64,000 bases of DNA from Amoebophrya sp. A120 (taxonomy: Eukaryota > Protista > Dinoflagellata): contig CAJINV010000001.1 of assembly GCA_905178155.1 (NCBI GenBank), forward strand, positions 16,058,142-16,122,141, given 5' to 3'. The notes under the pieces are model-generated. The model worked only from the letters and a program-made list of their open reading frames with translations, did not search any database and had not been told where the DNA came from. Each line of letters opens with the position of its first letter. Position 1 is the stretch's first letter. A program made the translations under genes and the position numbers. Shown piece after piece: positions 37,901 to 49,210 of the stretch.

Positions 37901-40480
37901 CCCTGTGGGCTCGCCCTTTTCTATTTTTTATATTTTTGCACTAGGAAAAAGATATGCCAGCGTCTTCCTGTGTGATATCCTGCTAAGAGTACTGAGGCGT
38001 GCCTGCACTTCGTTCTTCGCGTCGATGAGCTGCGAGGCAACTGGAATCCGTGCGAGCTCCGTCATACCATGTTGCGTCTTCAGCGCGGGTCGAATGAGGC
38101 GGTTGAAAAGATCGACGATCTGGCTATTCACCGCACTTGCTCCCGTACTTCTTGAGGCCGGCTTCTTCTTCTTCGAGGATGCGCCGCGAGCATTTATTAT
38201 TTGTACGGGTCGCGTGGAGACCACCTCAGTGACTTTCTCCGCACTGAAACCGTTCAAGAATTCCGCTCTGCGGTCGAGGGCAGCAGAAATCGTGTGTCGA
38301 AGTCTGTTGTACTCGCCGCGCTTCTTGTTGGATGCGCTAAAGTTGACGACGAAGTACTCCGCTCCCCTGATTGCATCCCGCACCGCAACTTCTAGCTGCG
38401 CCAGCCCACGCATCCGGGCAACTAGTTTGGCGATCAGGGATTTTGAACTTACTAGAGTCGCGGACGGCGGCCCAGCTGCTGCCGGCGTGGAATCGGGCGC
38501 GGATGCAGTAATAAAAGCGATAGTTTTATTCTTCTTTGACAGCTTCTTGTTTTTAAAGTTCTCTTCAAAGCGGCTAAGCTCCTCTAGAACCTCGCCGAGC
38601 GTCCGCAGCTTTGTACCTATCAGCTTCGGCCCCTGAAGAAAGCCAGGGCCAGCCACGCAGTTTGTGAGCGTTTCATCGTCGATTGCGGTCCACTTCCCGA
38701 ATGCCAGGCCGCCGGTGTCGGAAGATACCCCGCCCATCGTGGCGGAAGGACTCGTCGCTCTGCGCTCTCGAGAGGAGGCGGGAACCCGCCCCCCTGTGTG
38801 GCGGGAGGACCCCCCACCGCCCCGCCGAGCGGCTGCGCCCGGTGCTCGATCCCGCGACCGTGTGGTTTGCGGCGTTTCCGCAGCTCCCGTGGGGCTCTGA
38901 CTTCGTGCAGACGATGAACTTCTGCTTCGGCTTCGCCGTCGCGCGTTACGGGTGGTGGTGCGACGCGCCTCGTCCGTCACCGAATGCAGCAGGTCCTCGA
39001 GCGCCTTAGCAACAAGGGGCTCGAGGCTGCGCGACACTTCCGAGTCGGAGACGTCTGCGCCCTGAAGTTCCGCGCCGTCGGAATCCGACTCCTCGGAGGC
39101 CGGCGCCGCCGCCTCGTCTTGTTGCCGCGCCGCCACCTCCGATTCCTCGTCCGGCCCTCGCACGTCCTTCCCCACGCGATCCGCTTCGCGAGCGGCGCCG
39201 CGCCCCAGGCTTCGCGAACGGCTTCGCGAACGGCTTCGCGAACGGCGCCGCGCCCCCGTGGCTGCAATCTTCCCCGCTGCCGCGTCCCAGGCTGCTTTCA
39301 GCTGCTTCATTTGGTGGGCGGCAATTCGTAGCGCGTAGTAGACCTCGGGGTTGACTGTGGCCCAGGCAGCAGGGTCTTCGTTCTGATTTCTCTCCACCAA
39401 GTCCCGCAGCACTTCGCCGCAGTTCGAGTAAAAGATCTCGGTCGGGGCTGCGGACAGCCGCGCGCCTCGAACTCTCTTAAGCAGCCTACCAGAAGACGCA
39501 GCGCACGAGGTTTGGTCCGGTTCCACAGAAACGCGCACCTCCTCTTCCTCCTCTGCGGACTCGACGATCGTGCGCACGAAAGCGACTGAACTTGCGGGCC
39601 CGGGCTCCTGAAGCAGAAAGCCCGATGCCAACTGGTCGGCGAGCCAATTTCCAAACATGAACGGGCCTTGCAACAGAGTCAGAGGAAGAGTGTCACCTGT
39701 CAGTCTTGCTGCCGAAGTATCTCTGTTCCATGACGACGCACTGCGCACGTGTACCGCCCGAATTCTGGGAATAAATTCAAATGCGGACAACTCTTCTTCG
39801 ATACCTTGCATGAGCTGAATGTCTTCATGGCTTAAAATGGATCCCAGCAACCCAGATTGCGCGCGGTCCGAATGATCTGTGCCCACGCTCCCGTTCTGGT
39901 ACGCTTGCCAGGCTTGCAAAAAGTAAAGAGAATCTGTGTAGAGAACGAGCTCGTGAAGCGTTACGACTCCCAAGTTGGCACGAACCGCGCGCAGACCTGC
40001 TAGCACCGCTTCGCCCTCTGCCACTGCAGTTAGCACGGAGTGCTTCTTCCCTTCTTGTGTGGCCGTCGCGTCCGCAAGTAGGTGTGTCGCAGAAGCAAGC
40101 AAGCTGGAGGGCTCCGCCTGCATCACCACGGGCAGCTCGGCAGAGTATGCGTTTCCTTTCCAGGCCACCAGCCCCAGCTGCCCCTCGTATACTTGCCCGG
40201 TGCCTACTTTCAGCACATTTCGCTTATCGCGAACGCTCGCATCGGTGAAGAGATGCACCACGAGCTCGGGCACGCCTTCCGGGATTGCGTAGCTCTGGGC
40301 GGTTGCGGACCCAGTCGGAGCGGACGAGAGCTGCGCCTCTGCTTTGTAAACACGGGTATCTCGCTGCAGGCCGGGTAGAAAAAACTCCACGCTGGACGGC
40401 GTGCCCCAGGCTTCACTGACAGCTGCGAAAAAGATCGCACAAAACAACATCGGACGGTAAGGTGGTACCAACAAAATCAT
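34954..40480 (-). CDS. Multi-exon protein with N-terminal hydrophobic leader, RNase H-like domain, RS-rich region and unknown C-terminal part
   Basis: RNase H motifs LFTDAS, AEGEAVLAGL, LYTDSLY and GNWLADQLA lie in ORF 40480-37928. Downstream same-strand ORFs 37823-36678, 36328-35495 and 35502-34954 can be partly linked by GT-AG introns and mini-exons. The exact structure is uncertain and may be more than one gene. Confidence 0.55.
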
Positions 40481-41493
40481 TTGTCGTGACAGTAAGCCGT
40501 CACAAGCGGTAAACAGGAAAGGCGGTCAAGCAATTTTGCAGCGACTAGTTAGGTGTATAAGACACGAAGTAAGAAATAGCGATGATTGGTAGAATATTAC
40601 CGGCGTTGAGCCTTTGACTTTTGTTGTGATGTCCGATAGCAGGTAAAAGCGATGTTTTCCAATTAATATATCGGGGAAGATAGAGTAAGACGAACGGAGA
40701 CGAGACTTTCAGAAATCGAAATAGATGAAAGAAATGCGCAAAACTAGAAACACTTGTAGCTTAGGGTTAGGATCGAGCTTTGATAAAACTTTAGAACATT
40801 GATTTATTACTGAACTTTTAACGTTGATGCGTTTATTTCGTGCAGCACCTTATTGCCCGAAAGAAACAAAAGCCTGCAAGTGGAGTGGTAAAAAACCGAC
40901 ATTTAAACAATTTTGCACTGAAAGTGTTGGCTATGTGCTCACTTTGCGCATGTAATAACTACCGATAGTAGAGTTCTACTCTTGGTGATTGGTTTTACGA
41001 CGACAGAGAAGATTTGCGATCTTGCAATGATGATCATTTTCATTTATTACTATTCATGATCCGAGCGCCCGTCTGCGTGATGCCTTCATTTTCTCTGTTT
41101 GCAACCTACGGTGAGCGCTTGATGTTGCAGATCGCGTTTTCAAATCAGCGCAGCCTTACGAAGCACAAAAACGGGCTGACATCTTCGGAGATACCTACTT
41201 GGATTTTCACATTTCCTTGCATATAGCGCTCTGGATCATTTCGCTTGTTGAGCTTTCTTTTTCTGAACAGGTTTGAGTTGAGACCACAGATACTAAGTAA
41301 AACGCTCACCATATTGTCGATAAAACAACAGGTCGGGCGTATCAGGTCGCGGTAACATCATCGCCAGCAAGTCGTGTCTTTATCCTCTACTGCCAACTTC
41401 GTTGAGGTGTAGAGTGGGATTGTTATTTCCATTTCGCGTCTACAGTTTTTTCTCTTCTTTATTCCCAAAAATTATTCGAGTTTTCTGGTGCAT

Positions 41494-44400
41494 TTATTCG
41501 GAATAATATCCCAAAACGCCCAAATCTGCCTGCAGCCGGACGTGGTTCAGGTGCGTGCCAAAGCTGAACAAGTTTCCGCCCCCGCCGACCAGGTGCAACT
41601 TCCCTCCATCCAAGCTCGCGGAGTGGTGCATGCAGAGAAAGTTACAGTCGGGTTGAAGCTTGGTAGAATTCTGGCTTTTTTCATCGATCTGCAAGGTGAT
41701 GATGTCCGTGATTTCGCACTGTTCGAAAGAAAAAAAGAACAGGGGAATTTCAGCACTGCTGTTCTCGCTCTTTGACACCAAGCAGTCGCCCACAATCAGT
41801 GCGCCAGAGGAGGTCCTCCTCCCTGATTTATCATTATCTGGCGGGATGCCGTCCGCTTGGCTGCTCTCCCGCGACGGCGCATTTCGCCTCTCGCAGGGTA
41901 GGACAGGACAGCCGTAAATCCCGGCAAGGACCGAGGGCGGGGGTACCATCGTCCCGGCGTCATTGCAAAGCTGTTCACGCGCAGCCGTCATCAAGGAATC
42001 GCTCAAGATTTGCACCGGGCTAAAAGAGGCTGAACTAGAGCTTGTGACGTCTTGTTCTATCCTTTCCATATCCATTCCCAGTGCCTCATCCGGAATAAAC
42101 AACACTTCACCGAGCCAGTTTTCCGCTCCGTCCAGGCCACCAAACAGGTACGCCCCTCCGTTTGGGCCCCAGCAGCAGGAGAGACTGTGCCGCGCGGTCG
42201 GAAGCGTGAACGGAAGCTTCCGCCATTGGATGAAAGTGTTCGTCGTTGTTCCCAGTTCTCCTGTGTTTTCCTCCTCCTTTTCGTTGGAGGATCTTGCCGT
42301 GTCGGAAGATACAGCTACTACCCCGGGTCGATTTTCGATTCTCCCACGCCAGATCTCGTTTGATGCCGCCCCGTGCTCGCCCCTGCCACCGAACACAAAA
42401 ACTTCGTGCCGAGTCGAAGAAGACAGATTATCTTGTTCGCAACTGCCCCTCCGCCGAACCAGCGTGGCGTGGCGATAGATACCTGGTGGACCCTCGGCCT
42501 CGGTGGCAAAGCGGGGCTCATTTTCCGCCGCGGTGGGCGGGGGATCCTCGAGAGCACAAGGCTGTAGTAGAGCCGCATCGTCACTGCAGGCAACAAAGTT
42601 GTTTTTCCCGTCGTCGGTTTCGTGGATGCTGAGAAGTTGTTGCGCCATGACTCTCCTTGACGTTTTCGTTGTTCCCTGGTGCTGAAGCGACGGCTTCCAC
42701 GGACTAGTGCGGCCTCCAAGTACTAGCACTTTATTCGAGGACGTTGCAGAGCCCGCCGGAGATGCGAAGTCGTCTAGCACCACCGCGCTCGCTCCCATGG
42801 GGCAGGCCATCGCTGCCGCACCCGGCGCCGGATTTTTATGAGAGGGAGCAGCACTCCCGCCACTGTGCAAAACACTAACCGTCGTGTCCTGGTGGGGAAA
42901 TAACACACCTGCGCTACTAGTAGTGCAACCACTATGATCCTCCGCCACACACACCATTGCCACACTGTTCAGTCGCTGGTGATTACCCGCTGCAGTCTTG
43001 CCGAAACCGCCATGCAAGCAGAAAGCTTTCCTCTGCCGATCGAACCACACCGCGGAGCCGTACCGCGCTCCCAAGGAGCAGGGGAACGCGCGTCCGCTCG
43101 CACGGGAGACCGAGATGGAGGACAAGGACTGCTCGGCTTGTACATCTCGCAATCGTTTCCAACACGTCGGTTTCGTTTCTACTTCGTTGCTAGGACCACT
43201 AGCTGCTGCTGTTCCTTGGTTCAGCATGATTCTCGCGAGCGCAGACCGGTCGTTCCCGCCGGCAATGAGCACGTAGTGCTGGAGCTTTGCGTGCCACTCT
43301 TCAAATTCGTCGAAGGGTTCGATTGTTTTCCACCGTTCCAGCACGTCTCTATTTTCCGCGTCGTACAGAAACTCCAGCAGCGTTCGGCAACCGGCGAATT
43401 GCAGCCCTTGGTGCAGAAAGCGCTCGGCCTGGGCCACCGGGGTCGGGTACCGGTGGTAGGCAAACAGCGGGCTTCCTCGCTTGCGGAAGTGCGCGTCCAT
43501 CACGAGCCCAAAATTCGTGTGCGGCAGCACCTGCTCGTAGGACAGAACCGTGTGGGGCGCGGAGCTCTCCGCGAAGATCTTGCCTACGGTGCGCACGACC
43601 GCGTCGGCCTCGTCGGTCGGCAAGTAGCACAGCACCACCTCGGCGAGCACCAATGTCGGCCGGTTTGCGGCGGCGAACGGCGCCAACCGCCTGCGCACCT
43701 CCTGCCGATCGGTGAGGTCGCAGCCAAGCAGTAGTTGGGCGCAGGGGCGGGGGCCTGCTTTTGGGGGGGATGGAGGGTCATGATCCGCGCTTGTTCTTGC
43801 GTTATCGTGCTCTGGAGGCGGAAACGCGTGGGCGTTCCGAGCCATAATCTCTTTTTTGCGCGTGAGGAGGTCCGGAAAATCCAGCTCAACGAACGCACCA
43901 ATCCGAGTTCGGTCGTAGTTCTTTGGGAAGGTTGTTATATCTGCCTCGGTGCTGGTGCTGTCTGTGTTTCGGTGGTGCAACCGCCAGTACAGTGTGTCGA
44001 ACCCTGCCCCGAGAACGATGATCTGCGTTGCCGTGTTATCCTGTGTAAAAACATCCCCACCCCAGAGTTGTCATGCTAAAGGAATTGCAGCACACTTTGC
44101 CCCCCCCTCTGCCCCAGGCCGCAGATGGCTTGACACGCAGGGGGGGTAGGTCAGGCGGACACCGAAGTGCCATCACCATCATCTCCCGGCCGCTAACCAA
44201 CTTTTCGCAACCTGCCATACTCCTCACTTATTCGCAATTTTTTTCCGGCTCCGCCGTCCCTGCAGGCTAGTATGTACGTGCGCCCGAGACATATAACACG
44301 TCCTCAAGTGCAACAGCACCCAAGGCGGTTTTCCTGACGCATGCAAAACAGTGCTCAGTCGGAAAACCTGGGATCACGCATAAACTACCTGGAGATTCGC

Positions 44401-45455
44401 AACCAACCATACTTGTCTCACAACCAGCCTTACTTTTCGCGCCAACACTTAGTCCTTTTGCCAACAGTTTCACGCCCACATCCAACCCCAGAGTTGTCAT
44501 GCAGATCTGCATGCGCAGGAGCATTTGTAATGCGCATCCCCATGAGAGGCATTTCCCAGCGTATTTTGGAACTTGTAATGCTGTAAACAGGGTCGGGAGA
44601 TGGATTTGCTATGCGGCTTCCCTTGCTAAACTGCATTACACTACAGCCTGCAACTTGTCATGCGTGGCTCCCAAAACTTCGAGGTTTGTGTTGCAGAATC
44701 CCCAGCTTGACTCTGGGGTGGGGACGTTTTTACAAATGATACGTGTCCGGGTAAAAGTCGATAAACCTGCGCACCGTGCGCTCCACAAGCTCGTACCGGA
44801 TCGCGTAGCCTCGGTGGATCAGCGGTGCCCGCCGTTTGATGCTTTGTGCGCCAGTCAGGTTGGGTGCCTTCGGGACGGACGACGCGGTGGCTTGTTTGCC
44901 CTTCGGTACGACGAGCGCTTTTTGTTCCGCGCCGGGGGCCACCAGGTCGTGGCTTGAGGTTCCAGTAGGCGTTTCGGTTCTATTCTTCGTGGTCGGAGAC
45001 GAGGATGCAGCTCCAGCTGCCGGGCACTGGCGACGCGCTACTCCCGCCGAGCGCTTGTCTTCGGTGCGCGGGCTGCTGCCGCTTGAAGGTTCCCACGAAT
45101 CCAGGCCTCCTTCCTTGTTTTGCTCTTTTCTTGACCCTTCCTCCGCTTCGGCATCTTTGTCCGTAATATCGGGCCTCGGTTTATTTGCGCTACTACGTTT
45201 GTGCTGCGTACTGCGTTTGCTGCCTCTTTGCGTCCCGCGATTCTCCGGAGTAGACACGACACCGGGGGGTGAGGCCGCCTTCGCCGGCCGCGTTGCTGCC
45301 CCTACTTCCTCGAACGCGAAGTACTCAACCCAGGGATCTTTGAAATACCCGAAGCGCACGGTGGAGGCCTTGGACACGATGGAGCTGTCGTTTGTTAGCT
45401 GAACACACATGGCATCTTGCGTGCCGCCAGCGGCCGCCGAAGTGGTTGACGCCAT
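41494..45455 (-). CDS. TYW4: tRNA wybutosine-synthesizing protein 4 / leucine carboxyl methyltransferase 2 (LCM domain + Kelch repeats)
   Basis: Motifs VQLTNDSSIVSKAS…GYFKDPW, RRAPLIHRGY, QIIVLGAGFDTLYWRL, VELDFPD, AEVVLCYL and EPFDEFEEWH, followed by Kelch motifs (HGGFG, VLGGRTSP, VFGGRG, LFGGLD, GGGGNLFSFGT). Two exons (45455-44742, 44031-41494) are split by an introner. Confidence 0.92.
44037..44741. mobile_element. Introner / MITE-like intron, family B, compound (705 bp), in TYW4
   Basis: TIR TATCMTKTGTAAAAACRTCCCCACCCCAGAGT with direct repeat CGTGT at 44032-44036 and 44742-44746. Removal restores …FYPDT-ATQIIVLGAGFD…. Confidence 0.93.
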
Positions 45456-46080
45456 GCTTTGTTTTCTTCGATTCTGTATCGCGAGGAAAAGTAGAAAGAA
45501 GAAAGTGAAGCGCTATATGTCTTGTTCGGGGTCTACAACTGCTACAGTAATTATCCTCACGCGAGCCTGGGGACAAGTAGGATGGAAGTTCTCAGTTCTT
45601 GTCGCGGACAATCGCGTTTCGCATCGACAAATCAAGGCATTGCAAACATTGCTGGAGATGATCGTGTGCTGCCTTTCAATCAATTTTGATCGGAAAATGC
45701 CGACGATCCTGCGCCGGGATCATTTCTTTTGCTTTGCGTCCTCCGGTCGTTGGTACTGGAGCTCGATGGCGTTTTTCAAGGAGGTGATATGTGTTCTTTT
45801 CTTCGCAGCGGAACGATAACGGGCAGTATAGATCAAATGAGGAAGATGAACAAACTCGATGATGGACCTTATCAGTTCATTGGAGATGCATCAGCAATGC
45901 GAGTCTCTAAAGAATTGCAAGCCTCTGTCTTAGGGCAGATCTTCCGGCGGGGCCGAATGCGAAGCATTTCTGAATAGCGCAGGGATCATTCACGAATCGA
46001 GATCGCCGAAAAGAGGGGGGGCGCTTTGGATCTAAGAACGCGCGCAGACTGCGGGATCAATGAGAACAAGGGCGCAGGCC

Positions 46081-46162
46081 AGGGCGGCGCAGGCCAGGGC
46101 GGCGCAGGCCAGGGCGGCGAAGGCCAGGGCGGCGCAGGCCAGGGCGGCGCAGGCCAGGGCGG
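46081..46162 (+). repeat. 15-bp tandem repeat (AGGGCGGCGCAGGCC) x about 5.5
   Basis: Near-perfect tandem copies read directly; degenerate copies flank the array. Confidence 0.9.
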
Positions 46163-46214
46163 GGGTGCGGCGCAGGTCCAGGCGGCGCAGGCCCGGGCGG
46201 CGGAGGCCTGGGCG

Positions 46215-46624
46215 CAGGCTGGCCAGAGTCGCCGAATCTCGGGCGCTGGCCGACCAGAGTCGCAAAATCTTGGGCGTTGGTTGGCCGAAGTCGCAAAATC
46301 TCGGGCGTTAGCCGGTCAAAGTCGCAAAATCCCGGGCGTTGGCCAGCCAAAATTGCAACATCTTGGGCGTTGGCCGGCCAAAATTGCAAAATCTTCGGCG
46401 TTGGCCAACCAAAGTCCCAAAATCTTCGGTGTTGGGCAGTCAAAATCACAAAATCTTGGGCGTTACTCAGCCAAAATTACAAAATGTTTGCAAAATTCCG
46501 GCAAGATTTGCAAAATCCCGGGCGTTGGCCTGCCAAAATTGCAAAAACTCCGATAGTGGCCAGCCAAAATTGCAAAATCTTGGGCGTTAGCCTCCCAAAA
46601 TTGCAAAATACCGGGCGTTGGCCA
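46215..46624 (+). repeat. 31-bp minisatellite, left arm (consensus GGCGTTGGCCAGCCAAAATTGCAAAATCTTG), about 13 degenerate copies
   Basis: Periodic GGCGTTGGCC…CAAAAT..CAAAATC units read directly. Confidence 0.88.
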
Positions 46625-47377
46625 TGTTAAATCCGGCAGGGGGAGAGGGAGAACACGACCCCCCACCGGCTAAGCAACCCACATCAGCGTGGGGCAGATC
46701 GATCACAGTAGTAGTGATTCTGGTGGTATAGCAGCCAAACTAGTAGACAAACAGCATGGGAATCATCAACAACAGTCGCCATCCATCATCATCAACATCG
46801 ACAAGCATAGCAGCAGCCTCCTCCGTGTGCTGACCTCTCTACTGGGCTCCAACCCTCGACAAGTTACCCTCCAGGCGGACCATCTACCGACACTCTCGAT
46901 AGACTACAACGACACAAACACCAGAAAGCTAGCGCCAATCGCTATAGTTTCACTATAGGGCCACAATGTGGCGCCACGGCCGCCGCCACAAGGTGACCGT
47001 GGCCCACTTTGTTATACACGACCCCCCACCGGCTAAGCAACCCACATCAGCGTGGGGCAGATCGATCACAGTAGTATTGATTCTGGTGGTATAGCAGCCA
47101 AACTAGTAGACAAACAGCATGGGAATACTCAACAACAGTCGCCATCCATCATCATCAACATCGACAAGCATAGCAGCAGCCTCCTCTGTGTGCTGACCTC
47201 TCTACTGGGCTCCGACCCTCGACCAGATACCCTCCAGGTGGACCATCTACCGACACTCTCGATAGACTACAACGACACAAACACCAGAAAGCTAGCCCCA
47301 ATCGCTATAATTTCACTATAGGGCCACAATGTGGCGCCACGGCCGCCGCCACAAGGTGCCCGTGTCCCACTTTGTTA
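46625..47377. mobile_element. 753-bp solo-LTR-like insertion with an internal 363-bp tandem duplication and 5-bp target-site duplication
   Basis: GGCCA is duplicated at 46620-46624 and 47378-47382, and removal restores a satellite unit. The element starts TGTTA and ends TGTTA. 46653-47014 is repeated near-identically at 47016-47377. Confidence 0.75.
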
Positions 47378-47703
47378 GGCCAGCCACAATTGCAAAATTT
47401 AAGGCATTGGCTTGCCAAAATCAGAAAATCCGGGGCGTTGGCCTGCCAAAATCGCAAAATCTTGGGCATTAGCTGACCAAACTTGCAAAAACTTGGGCGG
47501 TGACCAGCCAAAATTTCAGAATATTCGGCGTTGGTCAGCCAAAATCGGAAAATCTTGGGCGTGGGCCGGCCAAAATTGCAAAAAACTTGGGCACTGGCCA
47601 GCGAAAGTTGTAAAATATTGGGCGCTGGCCGGCAGAAATCGCGAAATTTTTGGCAATGGCCGGCCAAAATTGCCAAATCTTTGGCGGTGGCCGGCCAAAA
47701 TCG
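47378..47703 (+). repeat. 31-bp minisatellite, right arm, about 10 degenerate copies
   Basis: Same unit as 46215-46624, continuing in phase after the insertion. Confidence 0.85.
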
Positions 47704-47849
47704 TACATTTGTGCTTTTATACTAGGAAAATAAGGGCCACTATGCCTATAGGCTACCCCCAAATGCTACAAAGTGCTATCCTTTGTGAAGCCAGTTTATA
47801 AAAATGCAACAAATCCACAAAATCGCGACCGCCGGAACCCAGTATGAAG

Positions 47850-48650
47850 CATTATAAAGATCCCTGTCTATCCGATCGCGACCGATAATCCTTGTCCGAC
47901 CCCGAGCGCCCGTCATTCCTCCCTTCATTGCAGGGTGCGGGGCCCCGTACAGGCAGGCTGCCGCCGCCGCACACCAGAGCAGCCCCATTGGGGTCGGTTT
48001 TTGCAGCCCTACAGCACCCGATTCTGACAAGACCCTTTCCGCGCTTGCCCTGCCCGCCTGCTAAGGCGGCCTTTTCGCGCAAACGCGTTGAACCGGTGCG
48101 CGCGACCCCCGGCCGCGGTTCTCGCCCTTGGCCGCATGCTGCCGCCCGGTCCCCTTAGCCGGGATGGCACGGGGGCGGTGTGACGAGCGTGCGCAGCCCG
48201 CCTTATCTCCGCGGACCTCCGCCGCGGCAAGCGCAACCTCGGGCCGCACCTGCCCAAAAATCGAGCGGACAACCGCAAATCTGCGCGAAACCTGGAGCGG
48301 GGCGGCTTTCTCTCAGGCGCAGACCCGCGGTGGGGACACGGGCGCGGGAAGCCGCCTCCCGTCTAGTTGCTGCGCTGCGGAACCCTACGGCCGCGGAATC
48401 TCCTCGGGCCGCAGCGCAACGCAAAAAGCAACAGGACTAAATCGTGGACGCGGGGGGCACGCGGCGTGTGCGCAGGCAAATGGACGCGCACGGCTCACGT
48501 GCGCCGACATACATGGCGCAACCACAGGGAAAGCCTGCGGCCCGAAGCCCCAACGCGCGAGGAGAACCGCTCCCGCAAATTCCGGTGCTCGTTTCACCGC
48601 TGGGCGGGTAATCTCACCGCGCACGGGTGAACAACCGGCATACTGCTAAA
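47850..48650. other. GC-rich, apparently decayed segment within the strand-switch region
   Basis: High GC/CpG with no coherent ORF; same texture as 10950-12050 and 18200-20500. Confidence 0.3.
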
Positions 48651-49210
48651 GTAGGGCTTCGCGACATGCCAGTAACAAGATCAAAATGAGCGCTGCCGTT
48701 CAGTGCAGAGAAACCACGTGCAAAGATCAAATGCGTTCTGAGCAAGTGACAAAGCTTCCTATTGTAGGCGATCCTCATTCCGTGCAATGCATACTAGAAA
48801 ATGAGTTGATGCTGGAGAAAATAAAGGGATGATCAATCGAATTGCGAGCAACCATGCGAGGATCTCTATCAGCGAGATCAGCGTAAAGATCGAAATTCCG
48901 CCGCTCTTCCGTCGTACTGAGTGTCGAAGGCAGCTGCAGAGCCAACGGCTCAAAGTCTTCGATTCTCAACCCAGCGCACACAGGTTGGTCAGACAATACC
49001 TATCGCTCTTGAACGTAGACATTCATACTACACTGCAGAATTTGGAGTAGACCTTCACTGACCGAATACAGACATGTGCCGCCTTCCCGCGGGGAACTGC
49101 TTACCTTAGGACTCATTGCTACACTTGTAAGTAATTTACCCCGGCTCCGCTGCTGTTATTTATTTCTATAAAGCGCAGAACGAAGTGGGCCTCGCCCGGA
49201 CAAAGAACGC

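Noticed and set aside
34954-40480. Autonomous retrotransposon or the introner transposase
   Set aside because: No RT (YxDD), integrase, gag, TIRs or LTRs were found around the RNase H-like domain.
46215-47703. CRISPR array
   Set aside because: The repeats are contiguous and degenerate with no unique spacers, the context is eukaryotic, and there are no cas genes.
46026-47801. ORFs in the satellite and duplicated unit (176 aa, 2 x 89 aa, etc.)
   Set aside because: These are translations of tandem repeats with no protein-like signal.
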